A DNA stretch of 64,000 bases from an uncultured Gemmatimonadales bacterium (GTDB lineage: Bacteria; Gemmatimonadota; Gemmatimonadetes; Longimicrobiales; RSA9): NCBI GenBank assembly GCA_963783305.1, contig CAWAMW010000002.1, positions 736,001 to 800,000 of the forward strand, read 5' to 3'. This document shows, in pieces, positions 10,398-20,231 of this stretch (the first letter of the stretch is position 1; every line of letters starts with the position of its first letter). Under the pieces are notes generated by a model. The model had not been told where the DNA came from and searched no databases. It was given only the letters and a program-made list of their open reading frames with translations. Both the position numbers and the translations under genes were made by a program.

Positions 10398-10973
10398 ATG
10401 CTGGAATTTACCGATACCGCCCGCGCCATGGTGCGCCGGTTCGCGGAGGCGATGGAGGACCCGCGGGTGCGGATCGCCATGCACGGCAGCCCCTTCGCGC
10501 CGCAATACGAGTTCGCGCTGGTCGACGAGGACCCCGCGGCCACGGATCGCGTGCTGCAACTGGACGGCTTCAAGGTCGTGATGGACGAGGACAGCGCCGG
10601 CCGTATGGAGGGTTCCACTGTGGACTGGGTGGAAGGCGAGGCGGGCACGGGCTTCGAGGTGCACAATCCCAACGTCCGGAAGCTGGGCGAAGCCGAGCCC
10701 ACCGGGGAGCTGGCGGATCGGGTGAAACAGGTGCTGGACGGGCGGGTGAATCCCGCCGTCGCGTCCCACGGTGGGAGCATTTCCCTGGTGGACGTGGACG
10801 GCAGCGATATCTACCTTGAGCTCGGCGGCGGCTGCCAGGGGTGCGGCATGGCGCGCGTCACGCTGAAGCAGGGCGTGGAGAAGATGCTCCGTGAGTCGAT
10901 CCCGGACCTCGGTCAGATCCACGACATCACGGATCACGCCTCCGGCACCGACCCCTTCTACGCCAAGAGCTAG
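10398..10973 (+). CDS. nfuA: NfuA-type Fe-S cluster biogenesis protein (degenerate A-type carrier plus NifU domain)
   Basis: NPAVASHGG, GGGCQGC, DITDHASG; IscA-like N-terminal half. Confidence 0.88.
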   Translation: MLEFTDTARAMVRRFAEAMEDPRVRIAMHGSPFAPQYEFALVDEDPAATDRVLQLDGFKVVMDEDSAGRMEGSTVDWVEGEAGTGFEVHNPNVRKLGEAEPTGELADRVKQVLDGRVNPAVASHGGSISLVDVDGSDIYLELGGGCQGCGMARVTLKQGVEKMLRESIPDLGQIHDITDHASGTDPFYAKS

Positions 10974-10978
10974 GACCC

Positions 10979-11950
10979 ATGTCCGAGCAACCCGCCGTTC
11001 TGTACTTCGCACGCGCCGACACCACCGCGGACGAGGTGCGTGAGATCCTGCTGGGGGAGCGGGCCCGGGTACTCCACGCCTCCGATCCGGCGGATGCGCT
11101 CGGCCAGTTCATGGACGAGCCGGTGGGGCTGCTCCTCCTGGATGGCGGCGCCCTGACCCCGTTCAGCGAGCGTCTCTTTCGACAGTGGCAGGAGCAGGAC
11201 CCGCTCCTCGAGGTAGTGGGCATCGCCGGGTCCAGTGACCGCACGGAGCCCGGCCTCCTCAGAATGGACCCGCGCCGTATCGTTCGGCCGCCACTCGACC
11301 CCCGCGACCTGATGGACGCGGTCCGGACCGCGCTCGACCGCCGCGACGAGCGAGCGCGGCTGGTGCGCGGCGATGAGAAGATTGCGTCGCTCGTGCTCCA
11401 GGCCACCCAGGCGCTCGTCACGGCCGTGGAGCTCAAGGACTCCTACACCCGTGGACGCGCCGACCGCGTTGCCCTCTTCGCCGGCATTCTCGCCGATGAG
11501 GTGGGCGGGATGGACGTGGATCGGATCCGTACCGCCGCCCGCATCATGGATGTGGGGAAGACGGGTGTGCCCGAGCCGATCCTCAACAAGACCGACCTGC
11601 TCACCGAGGAAGAGTTCGAGATGATCCAGCGCCACCCGGTCATCTCGTGGGAGATGCTGCGCCACCTGTTCCGGGACGAGATCGTGCTGGACGTGGTCCG
11701 CCACCACCACGAGCGCTGGGACGGCCGCGGCTACCCGGACGGAATCGCCGGCAATGCCATCTCCCCGGAGGCCCGCGTCGTGGCCATCGCCGACTCCCTC
11801 GACGCCATCACCTCGACCCGGGCGTTCCGACAGGCCCAGTTATGGTCCGACGCCGTGGCAGAGATCGTGGGTGGAAGCGGCACGCGCTACGACCCGGCAA
11901 TGGTGAAGGTCTTCGAACGGGCGCAGGAGCGGATGCTGGTCGGGGCATAG
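10979..11950 (+). CDS. Pseudo-receiver plus degenerate HD-GYP domain protein
   Basis: KDSYTRG, HHHERWDGRGYPDG and AIADSLDA are present; the HD dyad is replaced (IMDVGK). Confidence 0.85.
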   Translation: MSEQPAVLYFARADTTADEVREILLGERARVLHASDPADALGQFMDEPVGLLLLDGGALTPFSERLFRQWQEQDPLLEVVGIAGSSDRTEPGLLRMDPRRIVRPPLDPRDLMDAVRTALDRRDERARLVRGDEKIASLVLQATQALVTAVELKDSYTRGRADRVALFAGILADEVGGMDVDRIRTAARIMDVGKTGVPEPILNKTDLLTEEEFEMIQRHPVISWEMLRHLFRDEIVLDVVRHHHERWDGRGYPDGIAGNAISPEARVVAIADSLDAITSTRAFRQAQLWSDAVAEIVGGSGTRYDPAMVKVFERAQERMLVGA

Positions 11951-11954
11951 GCCC

Positions 11955-13490
11955 GTGACCCGCCACGCTGGAGCCCTCGTCCAGTGGTTCCGGGACCAGG
12001 GACTGCTCCGGGGGCCGTTCCTGTTCGTCGACTACTGGGCCAACATCCTCGGGATCGAAGGCGTCACACCCGAGGACCACGTCCGCCACGGCTTCATCGA
12101 TCCCGGCCTCTTCAAGCTCGGTATCGATCGGCCCGAGCTGGACGTGCCGAGGCTCGGCTCCTACCTCCTCCTCTTCCTGGTGGGACCCGTCGTGTTCGCG
12201 TTCCGGTCCTTCCGACGCATGGGTCGCTACCGGCTCCAGTTCCGGAGCCCTCGCAGCCGCGAGGTCCAGGATCGGCTGGACCGATTCCGGCTGACGCTCG
12301 ACCCCGCCGGGCGCGAGCCGGACCTGGCCGGTGACCCCGACCTCCCGCCGCGCTGCGACGTGCGCCTCGGCGACACCGTGCTCGCGAGCGATGTCCTGGA
12401 TCCCTATCGCGTCGCCGGCTACAGCTCCCTCTTCTGGGCGGCCAACAAGCTGCCCATGGCATCGCTCTTCGCCCTGCTGGTCGTGGGGATCGGTGCGCCC
12501 CTGCTCAGCACCCTCGGGCTCCTGGACCTCACCGCGCGATTCTGGGTGCCCGTCGGGTTCCCCGCACTCGTCCTGGTCCTCTACGCCATCCTGCGGGAAT
12601 GGCTCACCGCCATCCTGGGCGCCCTCCCGATCCTGCTCGGCAGCTATCTCGTGAACGTGCTCCGGCCTTCCACTCCCTACGACTGGTCCGTCTTCTTCTG
12701 GTCGCTCGGCGGCATCTACCTGGTCTACCTCCTGGCCGAGTGGTTCTTCGTGCCGCGCCCCGTCCCGCCCGCGCTCCTGCTCTACACCAGCACCGGGCCC
12801 GCCCACCCGTACCAGCGCCCGGACGACGCGCCGTGGTGGCTGGAGGGCCAGACGTACTGGGTGTGGCGCTACCTCCTGCTGTCACCCGCGGAGCTGAACA
12901 AGTTCTGGGAGCGGGACTGGGAGCGAGTGGACCTGTGGGTCCGGGCCGACGGACCCACGGCGGGCGACCTCGAGTGGGTCGTCACCGATCTGCACTACCG
13001 CGAGCTGTGGGTCCCGTACGAGAAGCTGGGCGACCCCGCCCACCTCGAGCGGCAGCGGACGAAGGCCCGTGAGGCCGTGGACGGCAACGGCGCCGGCATC
13101 TGGCTGGTGGAGGTCGACGCCGATCTCGTCTTCCACTCGCCCATGTTTCGCGGCGTTACGTTCCTGCCGGACACCGGCGGCCTCCCGGTGCGGGGGCTCC
13201 TGCACGTGGTGCGGTCGCTCTGGCGTCGGGTGAAGGATCACGATGTGGAGGCGCCAATGCGGACGCTCGACCGTCTGCGCCTCGAGCATGGACTCGACCT
13301 CCTCGGCGACCTTCCGGAGATCATCAGCCGGAGGGCCGAGGAGCGGCTGCTCGAGGAGCCGTGGTCCTACTGGCGCTATCCCCTGGGCGCCGCCCGCAGA
13401 CGGGAGCCGCTGGTCTACCAGACCCCGAGAACGCTGGACCCTCCCGCCGCCGCCGATCGCGCGCTCCAGATCAAGGCGCCTCCGCGGTAG
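11955..13490 (+). CDS. Hypothetical membrane protein
   Basis: 511-aa ORF with a central 4-5 TM block and a Trp-rich soluble C-terminus; 4 bp after the HD-GYP stop. Confidence 0.75.
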   Translation: MTRHAGALVQWFRDQGLLRGPFLFVDYWANILGIEGVTPEDHVRHGFIDPGLFKLGIDRPELDVPRLGSYLLLFLVGPVVFAFRSFRRMGRYRLQFRSPRSREVQDRLDRFRLTLDPAGREPDLAGDPDLPPRCDVRLGDTVLASDVLDPYRVAGYSSLFWAANKLPMASLFALLVVGIGAPLLSTLGLLDLTARFWVPVGFPALVLVLYAILREWLTAILGALPILLGSYLVNVLRPSTPYDWSVFFWSLGGIYLVYLLAEWFFVPRPVPPALLLYTSTGPAHPYQRPDDAPWWLEGQTYWVWRYLLLSPAELNKFWERDWERVDLWVRADGPTAGDLEWVVTDLHYRELWVPYEKLGDPAHLERQRTKAREAVDGNGAGIWLVEVDADLVFHSPMFRGVTFLPDTGGLPVRGLLHVVRSLWRRVKDHDVEAPMRTLDRLRLEHGLDLLGDLPEIISRRAEERLLEEPWSYWRYPLGAARRREPLVYQTPRTLDPPAAADRALQIKAPPR

Positions 13491-14235
13491 CCCCTTGGCC
13501 GCTCCTGCGGTCCGGCGCTTCCGCTTCGTACAGGTGGAACGGCAGCCCCTCGGCCTCGAGCACGTGCCTGGCCACGTTGAACACCGGGATCCCGCGCGGC
13601 GTCTCGCCCCGGTACGTGCCGTAGTGCGCATGGCCGTGGAACACCACGTCCGCCCCCAGCGTCTCGATGGGGTCGAGCAGTCGCGAGGAGCCGAGGAACG
13701 GATAGATCTGCTCCGGCTCCCCCTGCACGGTGCCGGGGATCGGCGCGTAGTGCAGCAGCACGATCTTCTCGTCGGTATGGAGCTCGTGCAGGGCCCGCTC
13801 CAGCTTGAGCGCCTCATCCAGCGCCTCCTGGACGAACGCCTTGATCAGCGACTCCCCGAACGGCCCGAGCGCCCGCGGCCCGAACCCGCCACCGAACCCC
13901 TTCACACCTGCGAAGCCTACCCCCTCCAGCACCACCGCCCTCCCGTCCAGCACCGTGACCCCCGCGTCCTCGAGCATGGCGCACAGCTCGTCACCATCGC
14001 CGTGCTCATGGTCATGGTTGCCGAGGACGGTCACCACCGGCGGGTCCACCGCCTCCAACTCAGACAGGAACGCCCTCATCTGCTCGGGGTCCCCATGCGT
14101 GGTCAGGTCGCCCACCAGCGCCAGCACGTCCGCCTCCCGGTTCACACGGTCGAACAGCTCCGACAGCGAACCGCGCGACCGCTCGTCGAAATGAAAGTCA
14201 CCGAGCGCCGCGATCCGGACCGACCTCTCACTCAT
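13471..14235 (-). CDS. Calcineurin-like metallophosphoesterase
   Basis: GDFH, GDLT, GNHD and HGHAH motifs. Confidence 0.92.
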   Translation of the reverse strand: MSERSVRIAALGDFHFDERSRGSLSELFDRVNREADVLALVGDLTTHGDPEQMRAFLSELEAVDPPVVTVLGNHDHEHGDGDELCAMLEDAGVTVLDGRAVVLEGVGFAGVKGFGGGFGPRALGPFGESLIKAFVQEALDEALKLERALHELHTDEKIVLLHYAPIPGTVQGEPEQIYPFLGSSRLLDPIETLGADVVFHGHAHYGTYRGETPRGIPVFNVARHVLEAEGLPFHLYEAEAPDRRSGQGATAEAP

Positions 14236-15085
14236 TCCATACCTCCGCACTTCGGATCGCCGCTACCTCCGGCCGGTTCCGCTGCTCCGAGACCATCAGC
14301 AGCCGCGCATCCCTGAATCCCCATTCGTTCACATCGATAGCGAAGGAGTAGCGAGACAGCAGCGTGCCCCGCGTCAGCGGATCCTCCGTCCCGGAGTCGG
14401 CGTCGTCTTCAGGCGGGTCCTCCGCCTCGAGCCGGCGCAGCTCCTCCCGCACCCGCGACGGCACGCGGTCGCGGTGGCCGGGATAGGTGAAGTCGAAGAA
14501 GTGGACCTGGGACGCCAGCAGTCGCCAGTGCGCTCCCACCCGCGCGAACAGCCGGTCCCAGTCCAGCTCCGGGCCGCGGTGGAGGAAGAGATGGCTCACG
14601 TCCGCCATGTCGAATCGGTGCCGCTCCCCGATGAAGAGCCGGTGCCAGACCAGCTCTTCCGCGGGCGCCACGCGCACCTGGGCGCCAGCCAGGATGGCCG
14701 CCCGGGAATGCTCGTACCAGCGGTCGTCGATGAACGCGATCCCGTTGGCCATTCCGAAAATGAAGTCCACCTGCACGTCGCCCCTGAACCCCTGCGCGAG
14801 CCAGTGCTCCTCCGTCAGCGCCACGTCGAACCCCGCCGCCTTCAGCGTCTCCGCCACCGGCACCACCACGTCCGGGGTGACCAGCAGATCGAGGTCCTTG
14901 GTCTCCCGGTACACACCCGTGTAGGCGTGCACCGCATAGAGTCCGCTCAGCACGTACGGGATCCCGGCCCCGTTCAGTGCTTCCAGCGCCTCCCGGTATA
15001 CCTGCCGCTCCGCCTCCGGGATCCAGAACTCCCCGTGCGTCAGCGATTTCTTCTCCTGCGCGTTCATTCCTTCTTGCGCCGCCAT
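14228..15085 (-). CDS. Pol-beta-superfamily nucleotidyltransferase family protein
   Basis: LSGLYAVHAY..RETKDLDLLV (GS/DxD-type) motif; overlaps the phosphoesterase start. Confidence 0.82.
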   Translation of the reverse strand: MAAQEGMNAQEKKSLTHGEFWIPEAERQVYREALEALNGAGIPYVLSGLYAVHAYTGVYRETKDLDLLVTPDVVVPVAETLKAAGFDVALTEEHWLAQGFRGDVQVDFIFGMANGIAFIDDRWYEHSRAAILAGAQVRVAPAEELVWHRLFIGERHRFDMADVSHLFLHRGPELDWDRLFARVGAHWRLLASQVHFFDFTYPGHRDRVPSRVREELRRLEAEDPPEDDADSGTEDPLTRGTLLSRYSFAIDVNEWGFRDARLLMVSEQRNRPEVAAIRSAEVWNE

Positions 15086-15168
15086 GGCGACCTCGTTCTC
15101 GAGAGACGGACGTTCCGTTCGCCGCGTCCGGTGCAAGCGGCGTTCCCCGTTCCCGTTATATTCAGCGC

Positions 15169-15567
15169 ATGTTCCTGCGAATCCTGGCGCTCTTCGTACT
15201 CCTCCCGCTCGTCGAGCTGACGATCCTGATCCAGGTCGGCCAGGCGATCGGGCTCGGACCCACCCTCCTCCTGGTCGTGGCCACCGGGCTCCTCGGCGCC
15301 ACGCTCGCCCGCCGGCAGGGCCTGCGGGCATGGCTCGCTATCCGCGCCGAGCTCCAGGCCGGGCGCATGCCCGGCGGCACGCTGGTCGACGGCCTCCTGA
15401 TCCTCATCGGCGGCATCGTCCTGCTCACGCCCGGCATTCTCACTGACCTGCTCGGCTTCGCCCTGCTCGTGCCCGCTACGCGAAATGGTCTCAAGCGCGT
15501 TTTCCGCAAACGCTTCCAGCAGGCGCTCGAGCGCGGCGAGACCAGCTTCACCATCATTGTGCCCTGA
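15169..15567 (+). CDS. fxsA: FxsA family membrane protein
   Basis: LPLVELTILIQVG, GGIVLLTPGILTDLLG. Confidence 0.9.
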   Translation: MFLRILALFVLLPLVELTILIQVGQAIGLGPTLLLVVATGLLGATLARRQGLRAWLAIRAELQAGRMPGGTLVDGLLILIGGIVLLTPGILTDLLGFALLVPATRNGLKRVFRKRFQQALERGETSFTIIVP

Positions 15568-15643
15568 TCCCGAAACGATGGTACGCGCCTTGCTCCTATA
15601 CAGGGAGAAGTCAAACAAGACGCCCTGAACTGGAGGAACAATA

Positions 15644-15907
15644 ATGCGTAACAAGAAGCTGCTGACGCTGTTCATAGCCCCGCTCTTCGTGGTGGGAATG
15701 ACCGCCTGTGACGTGGACCAGACGGAAGAGGGCGACATGCCCGATGTCGAGGTCCAGGAAGGCGAGCTCCCGGCCTATGACGTGGAAGGCCCTGATGTCG
15801 AGGTGACCGAGGACACGGTGACCGTGCCCGAGATCGACGTGACCCCGGCCGATGATGACGGCATGACGGACGAGGGCACGACCGGTGACCTCGACGGAGG
15901 CCGGTAA
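15644..15907 (+). CDS. Small acidic lipoprotein
   Basis: SD GGAGG, lipobox MTAC, acidic repeats PDVEV. Confidence 0.85.
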   Translation: MRNKKLLTLFIAPLFVVGMTACDVDQTEEGDMPDVEVQEGELPAYDVEGPDVEVTEDTVTVPEIDVTPADDDGMTDEGTTGDLDGGR

Positions 15908-15939
15908 GCGCCAGGGCCACACGGCACAGCGCGAAGGAT

Positions 15940-15969
15940 CGAAGGGCTCCGCTCCGGCGGGGCCCTTCG
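15940..15969. terminator. Hairpin between convergent genes (probable terminator)
   Basis: CGAAGGGCTCCGC-TCCG-GCGGGGCCCTTCG stem-loop. Confidence 0.65.
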
Positions 15970-15970
15970 C

Positions 15971-16975
15971 TCATCCCTGCACCACCTCCACCGCCACGTG
16001 CGGCAGGACCCGCTCGACATCCTTCAGCCGCAGCAGGTCGCCGCCCCGCGACAGGAGCGCCGCCGTCCCCGCCGCCACTGCGGCCCGAAGCACGTCGTCC
16101 GGCGCAGCCGCGCCGCCTCTGGCGCCACGCATCGTACCGCCGGCCACCAGCAGCCCCGCCAGGAACGCGTCCCCCGCACCCACCGCGCTGCCTTCCTCCA
16201 GCTCCAGCGCGAACCCCGGCTGGCGCGCCCCGGTACGGACCTGGGCGCGCCAGCGGCCGTCCCGGGTCGCGACCACCGCGCCGTCGGCGCCCATGGTGAT
16301 CACGGCCATGACCGCTCCCCGCTCGAGCAGCGCGGTTGCGGCCTCCGCGGCCTGCTCCGGCCCGGCGATCGTGTGGCCCAGCAGCCGCTCCGCCTCGTGC
16401 ACGTTCGGCACGAGCAGGTCCGCCAGCGGCGCCGCGAGCCGGAGCGCCTCACCGTCACAGTCCGGGACGAAGGACCAGCCACGCGCCCGGGCGGCGGCTC
16501 CCAGCCGGCCGTAGAAATCCGCCGGCAGCCCGGGCAGCAGGCTACCGCAGCAGACGAGCCAACGCGGGCTCCCGTCGGGCGGGCGCTCCAGCTCCGTCAG
16601 CACCGCCTGGAAGAGCGCCTCCGCGACGCCGGCGTCCGCTGGCGGCCCCACCGGGTTGAGCAGGAGCGCCCGCGCCGCACCACGGTCACGCACGCCGACG
16701 AAGACCCGGGTCTCATGTGGGATCGGCACCGCCACCATCGGCGTGTCCTCGCCCCGTAGCAGCTCTGCCAGGTCCTTTCCCGTTCGGCCGCCGATCGTCA
16801 GGACCGCCAGCGACTTCATCCGCGGGGCCAGGGCGCGTGCCGCCCGCACCAGGTTTACCCCCTGCCCGCCGGGGCGGTGACGCGGCATGGGGACGCGGTT
16901 GGCGTCATCCCATATCAGCCCGTCCGCGGTGAACAGGAGGTCGAGGGACGGATTTGGTGTGACGGTGAGCAGCAT
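15971..16975 (-). CDS. 1-phosphofructokinase/PfkB family hexose kinase
   Basis: TVTPNPSLD, PGGQGVN, GSAVGAGDAFLAG. Confidence 0.9.
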   Translation of the reverse strand: MLLTVTPNPSLDLLFTADGLIWDDANRVPMPRHRPGGQGVNLVRAARALAPRMKSLAVLTIGGRTGKDLAELLRGEDTPMVAVPIPHETRVFVGVRDRGAARALLLNPVGPPADAGVAEALFQAVLTELERPPDGSPRWLVCCGSLLPGLPADFYGRLGAAARARGWSFVPDCDGEALRLAAPLADLLVPNVHEAERLLGHTIAGPEQAAEAATALLERGAVMAVITMGADGAVVATRDGRWRAQVRTGARQPGFALELEEGSAVGAGDAFLAGLLVAGGTMRGARGGAAAPDDVLRAAVAAGTAALLSRGGDLLRLKDVERVLPHVAVEVVQG

Positions 16976-17111
16976 CGGTCGATTCGCGCGTGGCGCAGGT
17001 CGTGATCCGGTTCCCGGCCTGACGATGCTCCCCCGGAAGAAGGGGCGCAATCCGAAACCCGCCACACCCCGGTAGCGTACGGCTACCTGCACCCTCGAAC
17101 CAGGAGCCCCC

Positions 17112-17642
17112 ATGATCGCATTGGCCCGTCCATTCGCAGTCGCCCTTGCCGCCGCCACGCTGTTGCCGGCCTCGACCGCCGCGCAGCAGCCGGCGGGCCA
17201 GGTGAACCAGCCTCGGCAGGACAGCGCCCGCGTCACGGATCGCATACACCCGGATCGCGCCGAGCACGCCCTCATCACCCGCAGCGGAGATTTCGCCCTC
17301 CTGATCGTGGGCGATGAGCTGCTCGCCCAGTTCACCGACCGCGGACTGGAGGAGTTCCGTGACGCCGAGGATGACGATGACAGCCTCGCCAGCCGGATCC
17401 TGGGCGCCATGGTGCGAGCGGGAATGCGTCAGCTCCTGGACAACGCCATCGCCATTCCCGTCGAGGAGATCGCTCGCGCCGAGGTTGTGGATGGCCGCCT
17501 CCTGCTGGAGGACGCCTCCGGAGAGGAATTCTTCGACCTTTCCGTCAACGGCCGCGACGTCATGGAGGATTTCGGCGAGCGGGAGGCCCGGGCATTCGCC
17601 AGCGAGCTCCGGGGCAGGGCGCGGGCGCTCAGGGCACCTTGA
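17112..17642 (+). CDS. Secreted hypothetical protein
   Basis: Sec signal peptide ending TAA-QQ; SD AGGAG. Confidence 0.75.
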   Translation: MIALARPFAVALAAATLLPASTAAQQPAGQVNQPRQDSARVTDRIHPDRAEHALITRSGDFALLIVGDELLAQFTDRGLEEFRDAEDDDDSLASRILGAMVRAGMRQLLDNAIAIPVEEIARAEVVDGRLLLEDASGEEFFDLSVNGRDVMEDFGEREARAFASELRGRARALRAP

Positions 17643-17733
17643 CCCGGCCGGCGGTTGCGGCGGCTTCCACGACCGGCACACATTACGCATCCTTCGGAAG
17701 AGAACCGGTGAAGCCCCGCGCCCCCCGACCGCC

Positions 17734-19974
17734 ATGCACCCCGAGATCCAGAAGCTCGATGTATCCAAGCGCCCCCCAAGGCTCCGATTCGACGGTCGGG
17801 TCCTCCTCCTGGTCGATGACGCCGACCTGATCCGGCGCCAGCTCCAGGGCGAGGATCTGGACCTCACGCCCGAGCTCCGGGATAAGCTCCGGGACCAGAT
17901 TTCCACCGACGAGATCACACCCGCCTACATCTGCTACTACTTCGACGAGACCCTCGGCCAGTTCCCGTACCTCGGGCTCCGCGCCGGCGGCGAGGCGCCC
18001 ATCGAGCGCGGGAGCGTGAAGAAGGGCGGGTTCGTGTGCAGTGTGGCCGGGAAGCGCCGCGGGAAGGGTAGCTCGCGCGAGCAGTCGCCCTACGCGGAGA
18101 TGATGGCCGGGATCCGCGTCGTCGTGGCGGAGAACATCGAGCGGATCTACAACGAGAACTGCCAGAACCTGGGGATCCTCACCTCCACCGACTTTTCCCT
18201 GATCGATCGGATCCGTGCCGGCGAGGAGATCGCCCTGACGGAGTTCACCGAAGGGGTGGACGCCATCACCCGTGAGATCATCCAGTACGGTGGCCTGTTC
18301 GAGTTCAACGTGGCCCGTCTCCAGGGCAGGGTCGAGATCCCCATGCTGGAGAGCCAACAGCTCGATATCGACGACAGCTCCGACTCCCACGACGCCGGCG
18401 AGGTGAAGAAGCTGCGCGGCGCCAGCGAGCACGAGGCGGGCCACGTCGCCTGGTCGCCCGAGGAGGCCGCCGAGGAGACGACCACCACCTCCCAGCCCAA
18501 CAACCCGGCGCCGAATCCCGCCGGCAACGGTCACCGCACCCACCGCGTCGGCGACCGCCCCATGACCGTGGCCGAGAAGATCTTCGCCCGCAACTGGGTC
18601 GTGGACGCGGCGAAAGGCGAGTACGGCGTTCCGTGGGTGAAGCCAGGCGACAGCGGCTTCGTCCGCACCGACTACCGCTTCAGCCACGAGTACGTGACCC
18701 CCATGGCGGCCATCTTCTTCGAGGAGAAGCTGGGCCCCGACGCGAAAGTCACCGACGCCAGCACCATCCTCATGTTCCGGGATCACCTCACCTACCTCCA
18801 CGAGGTGATGCCGCAGGAGCGCGTGCAGCTGGGGCTCCTGGACGTGGCCCGCCAGCTCAAGGACAAGCAGCAGCAGTTCGCCGAGAAGCAGGGCATCAAG
18901 CTGTACGGCGAGCGCATCGGCGCGCAGCTCGGCTCCGAGGCCATCTGCCATTCCAAGATGCTCGAGGAGTACGCCGAGCCCGGCCAGCTCATTGTGGGCA
19001 CCGACTCCCACACCCCCCACTCCGGCGCCATCGGCTGCATCGCCTTCGGCGTGGGCACCACCGCCATCTTCAACTCGTGGATCACCCGGGACGTCCGCGT
19101 GAACGTCCCGCCATCGTTCCGGGTGGTGATCAACGGCCGTAAGCCCGACCACGTCACGGCCAAGGACTTCATGCTGGAGATCTTGCGCCACCCGTACATC
19201 AAGGATGGCCACGCCATCGGTCAGATCATCGAGTACGCGGGCGAGGCGGTGGAGGCGCTGTCCATCGACGAACGCGCCACCATGACCAACATGGCCGCCG
19301 AGGTGGGGGCGTTCACCGGGATCGTTGCGCCCGACGCGAAGGCAGTGGACTACCTCGTCGCCGAGCGCGGGATGGATCGGGCGAAAGCGGAGCGGCTGGT
19401 GGAAGGCCTCCACAGCGATCCCGACGCCGAGTACGTGAAGACCATCGAGATGGACGCATCGATGATCCGGCCCATGGTGGCGCTCCCGGGCGACCCCGGC
19501 AATGGCCTCTACATGGACGAGTTGGCGCACGAGCCGGTCCGCATCGACGCCGCCTACGCGGGATCGTGCACGGCCGGGAAGAAGGAGGACATGGACATGT
19601 ACGCCCGCGTGCTGAAGGAGGCACAGGAACAGGGGCTCCGGGTCGCCAACGGCGTCCGCATGTACATCCAGTGTGGTTCACAGGAGGTGAAGGAGTACTG
19701 CCGCCAGCGAGGCTACCTCGATCTGTTCGAGGAAATCGGCGCCGAGTTCATCGAGCCCGGCTGCGGTGCGTGCATCGCCGCCGGACCCGGCACCAGCGCC
19801 TCCCCGGACGAGGTCACCATCAGCTCCCAGAACCGGAACTTCCCCGGCCGCTCCGGGCCCGGGCGCCTCTACCTGGCGTCCCCGTACGCCGTGGCCGCCT
19901 CCGCCATCGCCGGCCACGTCACCGGCTGGGAGCCGGGGAAGCCGTTGCGGCCGGCGGAGCCCGCGGGGGCCTGA
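17734..19974 (+). CDS. Aconitase/isopropylmalate-dehydratase family protein with swivel (LeuD-like) domain fused N-terminal to the [4Fe-4S] (LeuC-like) domain
   Basis: DQISTDEITP, GKGSSREQS and NCQNLG (swivel); DH, GTDSHT, GSCTAG, PGCGAC and NRNFPGR (large domain). Confidence 0.9.
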   Translation: MHPEIQKLDVSKRPPRLRFDGRVLLLVDDADLIRRQLQGEDLDLTPELRDKLRDQISTDEITPAYICYYFDETLGQFPYLGLRAGGEAPIERGSVKKGGFVCSVAGKRRGKGSSREQSPYAEMMAGIRVVVAENIERIYNENCQNLGILTSTDFSLIDRIRAGEEIALTEFTEGVDAITREIIQYGGLFEFNVARLQGRVEIPMLESQQLDIDDSSDSHDAGEVKKLRGASEHEAGHVAWSPEEAAEETTTTSQPNNPAPNPAGNGHRTHRVGDRPMTVAEKIFARNWVVDAAKGEYGVPWVKPGDSGFVRTDYRFSHEYVTPMAAIFFEEKLGPDAKVTDASTILMFRDHLTYLHEVMPQERVQLGLLDVARQLKDKQQQFAEKQGIKLYGERIGAQLGSEAICHSKMLEEYAEPGQLIVGTDSHTPHSGAIGCIAFGVGTTAIFNSWITRDVRVNVPPSFRVVINGRKPDHVTAKDFMLEILRHPYIKDGHAIGQIIEYAGEAVEALSIDERATMTNMAAEVGAFTGIVAPDAKAVDYLVAERGMDRAKAERLVEGLHSDPDAEYVKTIEMDASMIRPMVALPGDPGNGLYMDELAHEPVRIDAAYAGSCTAGKKEDMDMYARVLKEAQEQGLRVANGVRMYIQCGSQEVKEYCRQRGYLDLFEEIGAEFIEPGCGACIAAGPGTSASPDEVTISSQNRNFPGRSGPGRLYLASPYAVAASAIAGHVTGWEPGKPLRPAEPAGA

Positions 19975-20036
19975 CCGCGTGGGGACCTGGATCCGGGCGC
20001 TGAATATCGCCGGGATCACAGAAGCACCCTTAAAGA

Positions 20037-20188
20037 CTTGTCACGAAGAGCTCGAAGGGTCAAAGCACGCGAAGGAAGAATCGGAGATCTCGGTGGACAG
20101 ATCCTCGCCGGCGGCTCCGGATCAGCCGGCCATGAATTTCTGAATCTGTTCTTCGAAGCCTTCGTTCCTTCGAGCTCTTCGTGTCAAG
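20037..20188. repeat. Palindromic REP/MITE-like intergenic element
   Basis: Terminal inverted repeat matching 21/22 (CTTGTCACGAAGAGCTCGAAGG / CCTTCGAGCTCTTCGTGTCAAG) with further imperfect inner pairing. Confidence 0.8.
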
Positions 20189-20231
20189 CCGTTCAGCTGT
20201 TGACGTTTCTGCCTGGAAGGAGACCCGGATC

